Below the pieces are notes generated by a model, which saw only the letters and a program-made list of their open reading frames with translations, ran no database searches and was not told the origin of the DNA. Below, in pieces: positions 1-13,765 of a stretch of DNA of 64,000 nt. Location of the stretch: NCBI GenBank assembly GCA_973895155.1, contig OZ316894.1, forward strand, positions 12,936,828-13,000,827, in the 5' to 3' direction. Numbering within the stretch: the first letter of the stretch is position 1; each line of letters opens with the position of its first letter. The position numbers and the translations under genes were made by a program. Source of the stretch: Marsupella aquatica. Lineage: Eukaryota; Plantae; Marchantiophyta.

Positions 1-1110
1 TTTTACTAGCTTGTGTATATTCATATGGTTTGTAGTGATTGAAGGCTAGCGACCTCGCTAGACATAAAACTGAATGATCCCATTCTAGAAAAAAGATTCA
101 TTTCTGTTGTAGAAATCTCACTATCCTCCCAATCTGCCACTCTGACCATTAGTTTTACCTTGCTAGCAAACATTAACCTTGCTGTCAATTTCTCCTGTTT
201 CCTCACACCATACAAACCCCCAACGAATGAGAAGTTCAACATTGTTGGACAACTCTTCCAAGTTTGTGTATGACATATTTTGGGAGTGAGTGTACCGTCA
301 CCACTCTGGACAGTGGCTCATGAAGTCTGCAGTCATTCTGAAATCAGTCTGAAAGCCCCCGGACACAATAATGTAATTATCAAGCTGAAGTTATTTTGCA
401 CCCAATTACTTATGACTGAAAGATGAGAGGTCCTCCATGCAATCTTGTTTGATGAGGCCAAAAGGTATTTGTCTTGTGGACACACAGCCATAGGCCGCCA
501 CTCATGTCTTTTGCACGCCATGCAGTCAAAACACATTGGATGTAATTGCATGTACACAAACCACATAGGAGTTTACAACTTCCAAGGGATGAAAGTCCAT
601 GAGATATATGGTCATCCAACAAGGGGTAAATGGATGGCACCAACGGAGGATAGGGGCACACACCCTAACCCTAAACTATTGATGCTTGGGCAAATCAATT
701 TGAAATGCAATAAAGATGCTCAGAATGCCAAGGAAGTGTTATGGACAGATGCGAAGGAGCTCTAGCCATCTACCCGGGGCTACTGGACAAGACAAAACAG
801 ATGCATATTGTCTTCGTTGCATGAAAACAGAGCGGACCATATTAAGACTCCGGAGTTAAACAAACCTGCCAGGTGGATCCACATAGATTTGTAAACAAAC
901 CTTGTTGTAGAAACTCTCTTCCAGTCATATACTTTGTGTAGTCTAAGTGCCTAGATTCATTACAAAGCAATAGTACAGCTGTCCATTAATGTGTCTTGAC
1001 AGGTGAAGTGCCCAATAAAGGCAACTCCCATTTCATTGTGTTGAATGTATGTGGCAATGTCGTCTCAAATTTCAACCTCCCCACTAATTGTAAAGCAGTC
1101 CATACAAATC

Positions 1111-1260
1111 TAGCACTTGGTCAATTAGTAATTATTGCAAAAACTGGGGGGTAGGTTATTTACCTGATAGATAGTATAGCACTAGGCCAATTTGTAATTA
1201 TTGCAGAAATTTGGGGGTAGGTTATTCGCTGATAGAAAGTATGCTCAATTTGGTCGATTC
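1111..1260. repeat. ~66-bp imperfect tandem repeat (about 2.2 copies) downstream of NUP88
   Basis: 'agcacttggtcaattagtaattattgcaaaaactggggggtaggttattt..gatag..agtat' recurs as 'agcactaggccaatttgtaattattgcagaaatttgggggtaggttatt..gatagaaagtat'. Confidence 0.7.
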
Positions 1261-1389
1261 AGTTGGTTAACATTAGGAAGAGAGAGAGAACAGGAAAATG
1301 TTGTAATGGACAAATATCTCATATACCAGATGCAAACTGCTACAACTACAGCTGGGAAAGATACATAGCATCATATAAATGTGGACACA

Positions 1390-4300
1390 TCATCGATCCT
1401 TTAGCAGCTCCCAATGTCCCACTGATTCATCTATCAACTTGACTTTCATGAATGAATCCTCTACATAGCGACCTAGGTGTTCCACAGCATGTTTCAGACG
1501 CCGCATCTGAGAATCTGGTATACCAACCTTCTTGTTCACTTCCGCAGGGCCATTGACTGATGACTTCAGCGAAGATTCGGTCTGTGCACCTAAGAAACGT
1601 TCAGAACGCACCGAGAGTACTTCCACAGCAGAATTGAGGATGTCAATATCTTGGAGTCTCATGGTATCTATCACAAAACACGTCCAACGGCAGAAGATGT
1701 GAGAAAATGAAATGCAATGATTGAAATCCAGGCCATAGCTGACTTGTCCAGATTTCTCAATTTGGCACTTACCTACCTCTAAACGTACGATGGTTTCAAG
1801 AGTCGTGAAACATACATAACAAATCTACAGCCCTAATGCCCTTCGTGTTCTCTTTGTACTGTTTTGGTGCTTTTATGGAGAAAATGCAGAGTCCAGATTT
1901 GGATTAGGATTTATGAAAATTTTCCTCTACTTTTCCTAAAAATAGGGAAAGAAAAACCTCATAGGCCTTTAAGTGTATTGCGGCGTGCTACGAGGGCATT
2001 GTGGGCAATAAGAGCCCTTATAAACTCGAGTACAGCCCTCATTTTTTGGTGCTTTATGGCCAATTACCAGGGCGTTAATATATATAAAAGATACTGCCCA
2101 CACGTAATTCATACCTCCATGCCACTGACACAAAATTAGAACCAGGCAGGAGTATCCGGACTTACCCAGCTGACTTTTGAACTTGCGTTCTGATTGTGTA
2201 AAAGGTTTTTCCGATACACTGGGTAATGTACTACATCGCCTTACTTTTTGTTCTAAATTTCGGTTCTTCAGTAGTGCTTGCTGAATTCGAAAATCGAGAA
2301 AACTTGACTGTGTCTGTGAGCGCCTTAGCCTTGCTTCGGCTTTCTCAAGAAGATGCTGTTGCTCTTTGACAATGTCACAGAGGCGTGAACCATGAGATAC
2401 AACTTCAACGTAAACCTGTAATAACACGACTGAAGTCTTAGTGAACCGAACCACCCATTGAACCTGATGGACCCTGTGCATGAGCAGATTGTCTTTCTGA
2501 CTTGTATTTGAGCGACATAAAGAATTGTCACTGAGTTGCCTCAGTTCTCAATTAGTAGGTAGCAGCGTCCAAGGAAGTCCTCCTCAGAGATACAGAGAAA
2601 TTATGGAACCCTTAACATCGTTAACCTCCCGTCAGCTAAACAATGATTGCATGTGATCGTCAGAAGCGAAATGATCCACACAACAGAAAGAAGTCATACC
2701 CTGTGCGCATACTCAATGTACTTCTCCCGAAGCAATTTGCATTGGTCATGGAGAAAAGTACGACCTTCAATCGTCTCCGATAACAAAGGAGCGCCAAGTG
2801 ATGTCAGCTGCAACAATAAGAACAATTATTCAACAATCAACAAGAGAAACTAAAATCACCACAAAAACCCAGCGATCCAACCGTAATTAGCCATTAGTAT
2901 CAGGAAATCGTAATTATGAACAATTAACGTATGCTCAGTGTAAGCGTGAAATATATGTCTTGCGAGACAAAACAGTTAGTTCCTCGTAGCCTATTTCGGA
3001 AACTCCGACCCGACCCATTGCATGGTGAACAGGCTAAATTACCAGACCTAGGTCGCACAAGAGGAACCACCGGCATCAATACCTGAGTAAAAGGAATGTC
3101 CTTGGGTCCACTTAAAAGTTCTCTGCTCATCATCTGAAAAACGCCGACCTCCAAATACCCTGAATCCTGATTTTCATTACTATTCCCTCCAAGAACGAGG
3201 GGCTCTGGCAAGGTCCTGTGTGGTTTCATATTGACCACCGCGCACTCACACTTGGCTGTAACAGCCACAACCCATGACTCTCCCAAGGAATCTATGATAA
3301 GTGTGACTCCAAGTAACGGTTGTGGGTTTGTACAGTCACTGGGGTAAATGTCTAGTACAGGAAACACTGCGGGAGATAGAGCTTCTGAGGAAACCTTTGC
3401 TAAATTTTGCACTGAAAATGGCAACCACTGCAGAAGAATCACATCTAACCCGGCAGCATGCTGACAGTACAATCTCTCAGGAACAACAGGGTCCGCAAAG
3501 AGGACCACGGGACCAACCTCGACAACTCCAGGTTGTAGCGCAAGATCAACTACAGCTAACAGTAGCAAAGGTGGTATTCTGCCCGGCCATAGAGAATCAG
3601 CACAATCTTCTACTTTGCCATTGTGTTGCATGGCAGACACAACATCTGTACTGGATGATTCTACAAGCATACCGACGGCCAGTATGTGCCCTTTGTCGTC
3701 TACAGTCAATTGAGGTGGTTTCCCTAGATCCCAAGCTGGTTGGACCTCATCAGCAAGTACAAAAATCTGTACATGTCCATCTTTTGTGCTGACGGCAAGA
3801 ACACTGTCTTTACCAACGACGTTGCACAATAGCCCCACTGCCTGACCAACAACAGCATTTGTCTCCTCCAGATATTCCAATCTCTCATCCTCTACTGCTC
3901 CTCTGCATAATGCCGAGAAGGATCCCTGAAGTACAATTGATCACGAATGTCTAAGGGGCGCGGACAAGAAATGCAGCTGCATGGACCTGACACTGACCAC
4001 GGCATAACGTAAAGGAAGAATCATTAACAAGTGACGTGACAAGCTCGAAGTCACTAAAAAGGATATTGAGATTAAGTTTGACCATCAGATTGACCTGAAG
4101 CGACAGAGACGCATCAAGAGGAACGTGAGTATGAGCTTTTAGCACGAATGGGCTTCCTGAGAAATCTTGAGTTGGATTGTTACTGAAAGAGCCGAGGCCA
4201 GGGAATACAGCTTCCAGCCAGGCAAGGGCGAGAGTTGCATTCTCCACACTTGCTCGAGGGTAGTCCTTGCGCGACTTCAACTGCCTTGCATCCCTTGCCA

Positions 4301-6638
4301 GCTCATCGATAGCAACACTGCTGTACACGCTGATCAGAGACAAATCATACCAAATTAGTTAACATGCCCTGGACAAGCCTCGCCTAAAATTGAAACAAAA
4401 GTTCTGGCAATCATTAAAACATCTCACGCAACCCAAACAAATGCAACGATGGATTGCAAAATCCAAAATCTGTCCAAAAACAATCAGAGATCCAACCTGC
4501 TAAACGGCACTATTGGGCACAAAGCAAACACACTTCCATCGTTATAAAGTAGAAATACCTGCAGAGAAACGGGCGAGAGCAACTTATCTCTCAGATTACA
4601 GCCTCATGCCACAGTCGGAAGTGAAAATTATAGAAGTGACAAAGTTGAAAGGAGAAACCATTCCCAAGCAGACCTTCCAAGCGCTTAACATTCTGATTAT
4701 ATAAATTGATCATTATATAACATGGGCAAACCAATAGGTTCCGAAACTTACTGTAAATCGGTCCCACAAATGCTCGCCACCAAAGGCAAAAGCAGTCGGT
4801 CGAACCAATAATGCAGAACCAGATCGGGTTGAAAACCTTGGTTGTAGATAGTACTCCTGCTCTGCGCATTCTGCATTTAGAGATAAATCAAACAGTCTGC
4901 AGAGTCAAGAATGGAACCCATCAGTGCGGCAATAGGAGGCAGACCTTCAATGACGACCTGGGATGTATGTCTAAGGCTATATAGCACATAAATTCGGTGA
5001 CCTGCAGGCGAGCAACATTGTATCCTTCACGTGACTACAGGCACTATGGGCTATGTGGTTGGTCAGTAAACGCACCCAAATTCATACACGCATTTCTACC
5101 ACAAGCGTTCTAACGTTCAATCATCTCGTAATTTGTTAGGTGAGCGTTCACTTTCAACAAATCCCTGTCTCAAAAATTACGAGTCTAGTGCGGAAACAAG
5201 GGTTGCTGATAAACCATGCCGCTCTACAACCTTCCATATTCTCTTCAGCATTCAAAACCATGGCCCTCCACTTTGACAACTTGGCCCAACGTGGCAAGTC
5301 TTACGGCAGAAGTACAGTTATGGGTGCTGATATGTGGCATGAAGGTAACAAGATCTATTAGATTGATAATTGGCTCAACAAAGTCCACTTTAAACTACCG
5401 CTGCCTATGGTGTCCTTGATAAGTCGAGGAATAAGAGTCAAACCGGAAGCATCCATCAGAAGAAAGCACGCCGAGATGGGTGTCACTGTGAGGATGCCAC
5501 GCTATCTGTAAAATACGCAACCAAAGCCCGTCTCCTGCGCTAAAGATTTTCTTCGATCCCACCTTCTGAACTCTGACAATTGTCATTGATACATGCAAAC
5601 AACAATGCCTGTTTATGTGAGCTTAGTAAGCATAAGCAACAAGATAGAAGTAGCCACTCAAATCCGTCCTGGGGGGCCAGTTGTGCCTTGACCTACAAAG
5701 ATATTACCAAGCCTAGGAAACATCTAATTCAATGGATTCAAATAAGATGAAAACTGAGCACACCTGCAAAGTCCGGTGGCTACTCCAGAGCTTGGAGCAA
5801 GAAGATTCAAGACCATCAAAGCTTCGTCTCCTACAAGCACCAGAGATCGGCCCGTCCTGTTGAAAGCCAAGTGCAGGACTTGAAAATCCACTGGAGAGCT
5901 CAATTGAACGCTCTGGAATCAAGAGCACAGAGGTTTAATTCATCTGCTCTTTGGCAAACACTCAAGTGAGGTGAACGACTCTGTCTTTATATAATTCAAA
6001 GATGCAGATTACAACGCTTGGTTGCTCGGAGAAATAAGTCAGAATCTAAACTCAACCAGAAGCTGGCGTTAGTGCGAGAAGGGGGCTCAGTTCCATGTAT
6101 CGGTAGAAACGCACGGCTACAGAGCAGCGAACGTTGCTGATCAAACTTCTTAGCCCAGTTTAGACTCATCTCAAACTCAGAACTAAGAGAGGGCGTTTAC
6201 AGACTTGGAATCAACGAATAAGACACAAACCTGGAATTTCCTGCTTGCAAGAAGTGTGCTCGCCTCGCAGCCGAAGGCTTGCAATGAATCAGAGCACTGA
6301 ATTTCCAAGTAGTGCAGTTGCTTGCGCTCTGAATCCCAGACAAATAGCCGACCTAGCCCGTCGTAAGCAATTAACTTTAAGGGAATACGAGGCCTCCATC
6401 CTTCTGAATTATCTTTAAGAACTACAGATGCAGAATTCACGAGTCCTTGTTTGAAGACGAGGTGATGTTCTAGCTTCTCGTAAACAGAGCCGTTGTCGGT
6501 TTGCTCGTTAATATGCCCTATTGACTTCCTGCCTGGAACGGAGGCCAAACCGTTATCCCCCCAGTCCTCTTCCGTGCCTGTCGCGCCCTCCGTGTTCTCC
6601 ATGCCCTCATCGCGTCCTTGCTCCTTTTGCCCTCTCAT
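1390..6638 (-). CDS. NUP88: Nuclear pore complex protein NUP88/MOS7 homolog, 10 exons (approx. 6638-6231, 5912-5764, 5572-5444, 4896-4752, 4558-4497, 4331-4095, 3928-3083, 2807-2700, 2414-2167, ~1668-1390)
   Basis: Spliced translation gives plant Nup88 signatures: 'FQVLHLAFNRTGRSLVLVG', 'ILQIAWHPHSDTHLGVLSSDGCFR-LFDLS...EQEYYLQP', 'AFAFGGEHLWDRFT-VFLLYNDGSVFALCPIVPF' and a C-terminal coiled-coil-like region. GT-AG boundaries were checked for exons 1-5; later ones are approximate. The start ATG could be 6638 or 6602. Confidence 0.92.
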
Positions 6639-6996
6639 TGTAACTATCCCCGACACTAGTTGCCCAAGTAAGTCTCACTTGTTGCTCCGGCAATTTGCGA
6701 CTCGGGCTTGTTGCCTGATACACTTGTTATGCTCATTGAGGCCAGAAGAACCATCATGTTACCAACATTGGAACAAACTATCGGCAAGTGAAACCCGACC
6801 TACGCAACTCTAGGCGTAAGAAATTTTGCAGACCCGCACGATGGCTCTTTCATGAATGGAGGAGAGTTCACGGTTTACTCTTTCCACTATCCGATTTCAC
6901 CTCTTGTCGCAGCGTTATAGGAGTTGGATTTCGAAGGATGGTCTTTTTTAGTGTGGGGCCATCTTACTCTAGAGATACTAAAGGATGTCCGTGCAC

Positions 6997-7520
6997 GAAA
7001 GATGTCGAGTGATAAAAAGATGTCGAGTGATAAAAAGATGTCGAAGTGATAAAAGATGTTGAGGTGATAAAAAGATGTCGAGGTGATAAAAGATGTCGAG
7101 GTGATAAAAAGATGTTGAGGTGATAAAAAGATGTTGAGGCGATAAAAAGATGTCAAGTGATAAGCAAATGTCAAAGTGATAAAAAGATGTCAAGGTGATA
7201 AAAGATGTCGAGTGATAAAAAGATGTTGAGGTGAAAAAACATGTTGCTCAGGTGATAAAAAGATGTCGAGTGATAAGCGGATGTCAAAATGATAAAAAGA
7301 TGTCGAGGTGATAAAAGATGTCATGTCGAGTGATAAAAAGATGTCAAGTGATAAAAAGTTGTTGAGGTGATAAAAAGATGTTGAGTGATAAGCATCTGTC
7401 GAAGTGATAAAAAGATGTTCAACAAAGAAAAATATGTTGAGATGAGCAAAAGATATCGAGATGAGCAAAAGATGTCCATAAGAGAAAAGATGTTTAAGCA
7501 AGGCACAAATGTCAAGGTGA
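6997..7520. repeat. Minisatellite with an 18-20-bp unit, AAAAGATGT(C/T)GA(G)GTGAT, degenerating to the right
   Basis: A tandem array of more than 20 units is directly visible. The ORFs called over it are low-complexity artefacts. Confidence 0.95.
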
Positions 7521-7841
7521 TAATGGGATATGGCAAACATGATGAAAATGAAATACATAACATGCTTAAATACAAATATGAAGATATTCATACCATACTC
7601 ATGCCAATTTTCCTTGGAAATGTTTTTTCTTTATTTATTAGTGACCACGAAAACCCCGTGGCAAGGAAAAACAGGAAGTGTCCCACAACACACAATCAAC
7701 CACCCCGCCTGAAGAGCGGAAACAACAACATGCGATGAAAGCCCAGAGACCAGGCTGTCCACCACGAAAACAGTGATCCACACATCTCGCCAGGTGAAAG
7801 CAGAGCTCAAGTACTGCATTCCCCATTGGCCAGCATAATTC

Positions 7842-10800
7842 CTATCTAGATGTAATCCAAGTCTGCCGGCTGTTCAGCCACACTATTCTTTCCTGGATAA
7901 GGAGCTCCTTCACTCGTAACAATTGTGTGTGTCGTCTGCTCGGGGGTAAACACAGGCCCACCGCCGATGCATGGTCAGCAGCCTCTGAGAGAATAAAGCA
8001 AAGATCAAATGTCCTATAGCCATTGGCCTGAAACATGTGCACATTCCTACTCTGCCATAAAGACCAGAGGATCTGATAGAGAATAAATAGTTTGGCTACT
8101 GTGTTGGGGTCTTTCGCTGCTGTGAGAATCAGCAGATCTAGTAGTCTATCCGAGTAATCAGTAAAGGTCCCTGAAAAACAAGTGGCAGCAAGTGACCAAC
8201 ATCTCTTGGCATGAGCACACTGTGCAAAAAGATGGGGGATAGTTTCTATTTCTCCATTACACAGTTTACATTACCCTTCTCCTTTATCAATGCACCTGGC
8301 TCACACACCAGTAAAGAGACCTGAAGCCAATATTCTCCAAATAAATGTCTTAGCACGGGAGGAAAGGTCAGAGCGCCACAGTCCACTCCACCCTGCATTC
8401 CATTCACCTTCCGTTTTCATGCTACCCCAAGTGTGATTCAGGCTTTCGTAGTCTCTGATCGGGGGGCGAATCAAACATGTACGCCCTCAGATTGGATATC
8501 CTAAAAATATTGATAGGATCAGGTCTGTCAGCCCATCTCCAGCGTCGGGAACCAGTAACATAGTTCATCCTACAACCATCAGGTATCATAACAGTGGGTG
8601 CAAATATCAGGTGGGAACGAAGTTGTACCCACGCCTTCCACAGTCCTCCAGTATATGCCAGTCCATTGAAGGACCGAGGACTGCATAACAACATCTTATC
8701 CTGAAAGGAGTACTTGTTCTGGCATATCCACTTATAATTCATCCAGCTCACTAGTTTTAGATTTTCTGCAAAGAGAGAGGCCCATTCCGTCTCCGGGCAA
8801 TCCAGAGCTCCATTGAACCATTTGGATAACAGAGCGTTGGAGTGGCTGCGGAAATCCTTCAGCCCGAGTCCCCCCTCCATCCTAGGTCTGGCCATTCTGG
8901 CCCATGAGACAAGAGGGATCCTCCTGCCCCCCTCCGAGTTGTATCCCCATAAAAAGTCCCGGCACAGCACAATCATTTTCTTCGCCAGTCCCTCAGACGC
9001 TCTTAGGAACATGGAGTGGTAAATAGGAATAGCCTGTAAAATGTGTCTCACCAGAAGTGTCCGCCTTGAAAAGGACAAAAGTTTATTGGCCCAGGAGGAT
9101 AAGCGCATGCCAATTTTATCCAGAACAAATCTGTCCAGTTGATCCGTCTTCAAGTCTACCCCCAGGGGGCACCCAGGTACTTCTATAGCTCTCCTTTGTG
9201 GCTAATCACGCAACCTGTATTTGACAGCCACCTCGGTATAGTATCTAGTGACAGTGGGATGACAATGGATTTCCGTAGGTTGAGTTTTGCTCCAATTGTT
9301 GTTTCATAGCAATGCAAAACAGTTGTGGCCATTGTAAAGCTCCTCAAAGTGGCAGGGATAAACATCCCCATGTCATCCGCAAATAACCTATAACATATTG
9401 TTAGCTCCTCCGTGATTTTGATCCCCAGTAATCTTCCAGCCTCAAGCTCAGCATCCATGAGATCCATGAGTGGTTGAGTGGAGATAACGAACAGTAAGGG
9501 TGAAAGCGGGCAGCCCTTCTAACGCCTCGCTCCGCGCCCACCGATTCTGACAGCAAACCGTTAACCTCTATTTGCGAAGATGAGTCCCTTAGTAATTCTT
9601 GTACCAGCTTGATAAAGTTGCTGCCAATCCCTAGTAGATGCATTGATTCCCAAATGTACTCATGATCTACTCTATCAAAGGCTTTTTCAAAGTCCAGCTT
9701 AAGAAACAGGGATTCCATTTTCCTGTTCTTAACCCAATCACATGTTAGCCAGGCAAGCAAAATGTTCTCCAAAATATTCCTGCCAGGGATGAACCCTGTT
9801 TGCTGTACGTTGATGAGCTTAACTAGAACCAGCTTCAATCTATTGGCCAAGATCTTAGCAATAAGCTTGTAAATCGTGTTCAACATAGTCAGGGGCCTCC
9901 AGTCCTTCAAGAAACGTTTATCAGGCTTCTTTGAAATAAATTTAATAATCCCATCTTTCACTCCTGCAGCTAGTTTACCCGTCAACCAGAAAACATGCAT
10001 CATGGCAACTATGTCCACTCCCATAAACTCCCAACAGGCCCGGTATACCTCAGCAGTCATACCATCCGAGCCTGGGGCCTTATCCGACGGCAACAGCCAG
10101 AGAGTTCGCTTGATTTCCTCGCTAGTGGGCAATGCTTCCATCCTATTCAAGTCTAATATGGTTACTGTATGTCTAGTGTGGGCTAGGAGGGTGCTCCTTG
10201 CTCTCAGCCGCTCTCGGTGCTCCCCGACTGCAAGAGGAGGGGGGGCATAAAGTTCTTTATAGTGTCGTACCACTTCCTACAAAATAGCCATCAGCTCGGT
10301 AATAGTACCTCCTCCCTCCATTGACAGAGTCCTCATGGCCTCCCTGCTTCTCTTAGCTTTCACTGTAGCAAAATAAAATCAAGTGGGCTCATCCCCTTCA
10401 CCCAGCCATTTGATCCTGGCATGACGTCTGCTTATGTGTGCTTCTTCTAATTCAGCAACATGCAAAAGATCTTTTGCATCGACACTCGTTCTCAGATCAT
10501 CCTCTGAATGGGCATCCAGTAATTAAAGCCTCCTTACATTCCCATAGCTTATTTTGCAGCACCCTCATCTCTTCCGGCCGTTCTTTTGGGGAGCTCTGTT
10601 TCATCCTATACATCTGTTGCATCCTACTACTAGCTCGATCAAAAGCCAGCAACAGCTCCATACATCCTCCCTTTCCTGCGTTCCATGCGCCCTCTAGTGC
10701 GGTCAAATTTTCCTGATTTCTTACCACTGTAGGATCAGCCTTGAACAAAACTGCCCCCTAAGGGGGGAGGTGTTGTTCGTCCGCTCTCCTAGTCCAATTA

Positions 10801-11521
10801 TTATCACGACTGGGTCGTGGTCCGAAAGCGTAGATCCCCCATCATGAATCAATTTCATGAGTTCTTCTATCCATACTCCTTTTCCGCTGAAATAAAATCT
10901 ATCCAGTCTTGACTGCACTATTCCCGTATTCCTGAATCTGCGCCATGTGAAATGTGCGCCCATGGCCTCCCCCTTAATCCTTATAGCATCAACCAAGTCC
11001 AATCTGACTTTCAAGAAACGCTAGAACTCTGCTTCCCGTCCCTTAATCAGAGGAGAAATTCCCATAGAATCTTCTTGAAGTTCCGTCATATTGAAGTCAC
11101 CCCCTAGAATCCAGTCTCCATGGGGAAGGAGTTGCGTCAGCTCATGCCATAGGCCCGCCCTCTGGCGAGGGGAATTAGGTGCGTAAATGCTTACAATGCC
11201 AAAAGTGATGTCGTCAACCTCAATCCATGCCCACACTGCTCTACCCAGATCAACAACTCCCCGTGCTACAATCTTAAGGTCAGGATGCAGCAGCAGGGCA
11301 GAGCCTCCCTTGCCCTCATCTGGGGCGGATGTCAAGTGCTGGTATAGTGGTAGTATTGCTCTCAGAGCGATGTCAAGCCTGAATTGGTCGGCCTTTATTT
11401 CTTGTAGCGCCAGGATATCAATCTTCTCTCTACGGGCTTCAATCCAATTTTGTACGATTGTTTTTTGGTTTGGCTCACATAAGCCACAAACATTCCATGT
11501 TCCAATGCGTATAGTTCTCAT
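7842..11521 (-). pseudogene. LINE ORF2 (APE endonuclease, reverse transcriptase, zf-RVT), with stops and frameshifts
   Basis: Motifs: 'IGTWNVCGL', 'ALQEIK', 'SIYAPN', 'GGDFN', 'SRLDRFY', 'SDHDPV', 'KAPGSDG', 'WRPLTMLN', 'LDFEKAFDRV', 'LFADD', 'GGLGL'. Confidence 0.92.
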
Positions 11522-11565
11522 CGTGTTGTGTGAACCGCAACCAAGGAGCCAATGATCCTATTTTC

Positions 11566-12720
11566 CTAGATACGTGCACGTCCACCCGGAGAGAAATTGT
11601 GTCCCTCACAAACAGCCTGTTCGCCCTTCCTACGCCAGGGTGTGTCCCCCGGCGCATCCTCCATCCAAGTATCATTCACCTCCATTATCCGAAGGGCCAC
11701 CTCTGACCTGGTATTCCTTGGCATTTCCTTGGCATTTCCTTCTCTCGCTCCTCCCTGCTTCCCCTCCCGTCCCAGCCCTCCACAACACCTGCGGTGGACA
11801 CAAATATATGCAGGTGAGAACTGGATAGAACGTTGCTTCTTAGAGTCCTGCTTACTCCTATCTCTCTTGGCAGGAGGTGGCGTTTTGCTCTCAAGTTTTG
11901 GGGCTCTTTCTTTTCCATTGCCAGAAACGTACTCCTCGTACTCAAACATGTCCAGGTTGGCATCCGAGTCTCCATGATATGAAAAGGTCCCTGGATCCAC
12001 ATTGTTAGCTGAGGGATTCATTTTCTCCAATGCTGTCTCAGCCGGGTTGGCGATTCCAACAGGAGCAAAGCTGATTGCCTTAGCGGCCAAGATATTAGTT
12101 GCAATCGGTGTAGGCAAAGTGGCGAGTCCTCCAGGCCCACGGGGGGAGCATTGGTGCTTCCACCGTGTTGCCTCTGTTACCAACAAGTTCCCTCTGGGGA
12201 GTAGTAACCAATGCAACTGCTTTACCTACGTCATCTTTGTTGTGTTCCAGTATCTGTTCCACAGTTGTGATGTCCGCAGCAACCGAAGGCCTCGCTGTGG
12301 GGGGCTCCTTATTGCCGCAACCTCTTGCACGCAAATTCATAGCTAGTTGATTTCACAGCACCTCAGCAGGATCTCCCTCTACTTCAGTATCCCTTTCATC
12401 CGGTGAGTGTACTGCATCTTCGCTCTCAGTGTTAGCAAACTCTTTTTCACCCAGTTGGTGAGCTGTGTTCTCCTTCACAATGTGGTCAACCTCCGGAGCA
12501 GCCGGCTCCTCCAGCCCTTCCCTGCATTCCCGTGCTAAATGCCCTTTCTTGTTGCATTTAAACCAATGGAAAGGGATGTTCTTAAACCGAATTGGCTGCC
12601 AGATACTTATATCCTCACGAATCTTCACTCGAGCACTGAAGGGCACTTCGCGCTCCGTGTCCCATAATATGCAGGCACAATCATGCGGAAAGGAGCTATA
12701 CTTGTCGCCCTGTATATCAG
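11566..12720 (-). pseudogene. LINE ORF1 remnant (zinc knuckle plus disordered tail)
   Basis: 'QPIRFKNIPFHWFKCNKKGHLAREC' is a degenerate CX2CX4HX4C directly upstream of ORF2. Confidence 0.75.
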
Positions 12721-13110
12721 ACAGATCTAGAAATAAGCCAAAACATCATTTACTTTTCATTTCGCTATTGTCTTATGTATTCATTAGGACTTTGTGTTCA
12801 TTGTATATAGCCTTCTCACCTCTTAGGACATCAGTTTGTATTTACTTTTAATTTTCTGTTTATAGAATAATACTTCTCTTCAGATTTTGCGTTGAGTGAT
12901 CCATTTGCCTGTCCATCTGTAGTCTGAACTTTGCTTAGTTCTTCTCTATTTTTGAGACTAAATCTCCTACTGTCCTTCTTGCTGTATGGTGGGGCCATCT
13001 AAATAATTCCATGATCCACACTATCAGCGTCACGAGGTTTGACAGCATTTTTGAACATAGACTGAAAATGATTTTTAGAACGAGGTTAAGTCTGGCTGGA
13101 AATGTAAAAG

Positions 13111-13250
13111 TGTCATAAATCATAGTTTACTTTAACCCTAGACTAGAGTAGGTTAACCTTAACCCAATATGTTAACCTCTTAGGACTATATAAGTCCTTG
13201 ATATAATGGAAGTGTGTGGAAGATTACAATCATCTACTTTGTTTACAACA
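13111..13250 (+). repeat. 5' LTR (140 bp) of the copia element
   Basis: Matches 18760-18899 with 3 substitutions counted by eye. Confidence 0.95.
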
Positions 13251-13265
13251 CGTTATTAGCACGAC
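13251..13265 (+). promoter_or_regulatory. Primer-binding site complementary to the anticodon arm of tRNA-Ile(AAU) (half-tRNA priming)
   Basis: CGTTATTAGCACGAC is the reverse complement of GTCGTGCT-AAT-AACG. It abuts the LTR and lacks the TGG of a 3'-CCA-type PBS. Confidence 0.8.
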
Positions 13266-13765
13266 TGGCTCAATGATTTTTTTTGCCTAGGCTGCCCCAA
13301 CAGACATATTGAGAGATCGTAGTTTTTACATAGAAAATTACCAAGAATGTTGCGTTTTTGGCACCGGAATCCTATGTAACCGCCTAACTACCCCAAAATT
13401 GAGTACAATCCCACCTAAAAAGTGATGCTAGTTTACGCAAAAATTGAGCCCGGACATCAGATTGCTATGAGGAAGGCATCCATTAGCGATCTCAATCTTC
13501 ATTGCCGTAAGGACGGATTTGTCTAATTTTTTTTGTTCCATCCAACTTATTTCATCAAGGAATCCAATGCAGGATTTGGGAATGGCCGTTATGCCAAATT
13601 AGAAACAACAATGCTACGGTGAAATCCCGAAATTGGACTTATAGGTGCTTCGAACCAGCACCTATAACTCCCCGAAGCATATATTTACCAATTGGATAGA
13701 CCCAAGTATTATATATATACACCACCACACTGAGCATTACAATCCCGAGTACAAGCGCAAGAAAT

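Larger units (their letters stand above)
7623..12720 (-). mobile_element. Decayed L1-clade LINE retrotransposon, 5'-truncated
   Basis: ORF1 with a CCHC knuckle, then ORF2 endonuclease-RT-zinc finger. On the minus strand, AATAAA is followed by an A-rich tail remnant at about 7623-7640. No TSD found. Confidence 0.9.

Noticed and set aside
1-1000. Short ORFs (21-242, 333-566, 445-765) as genes
   Set aside because: No recognisable motifs or supported splice structure.
6997-7520. CRISPR-like array or coding ORFs (6887-7738)
   Set aside because: The units are head-to-tail with no unique spacers, there are no cas genes, and the context is eukaryotic. The ORFs are repeat translations.
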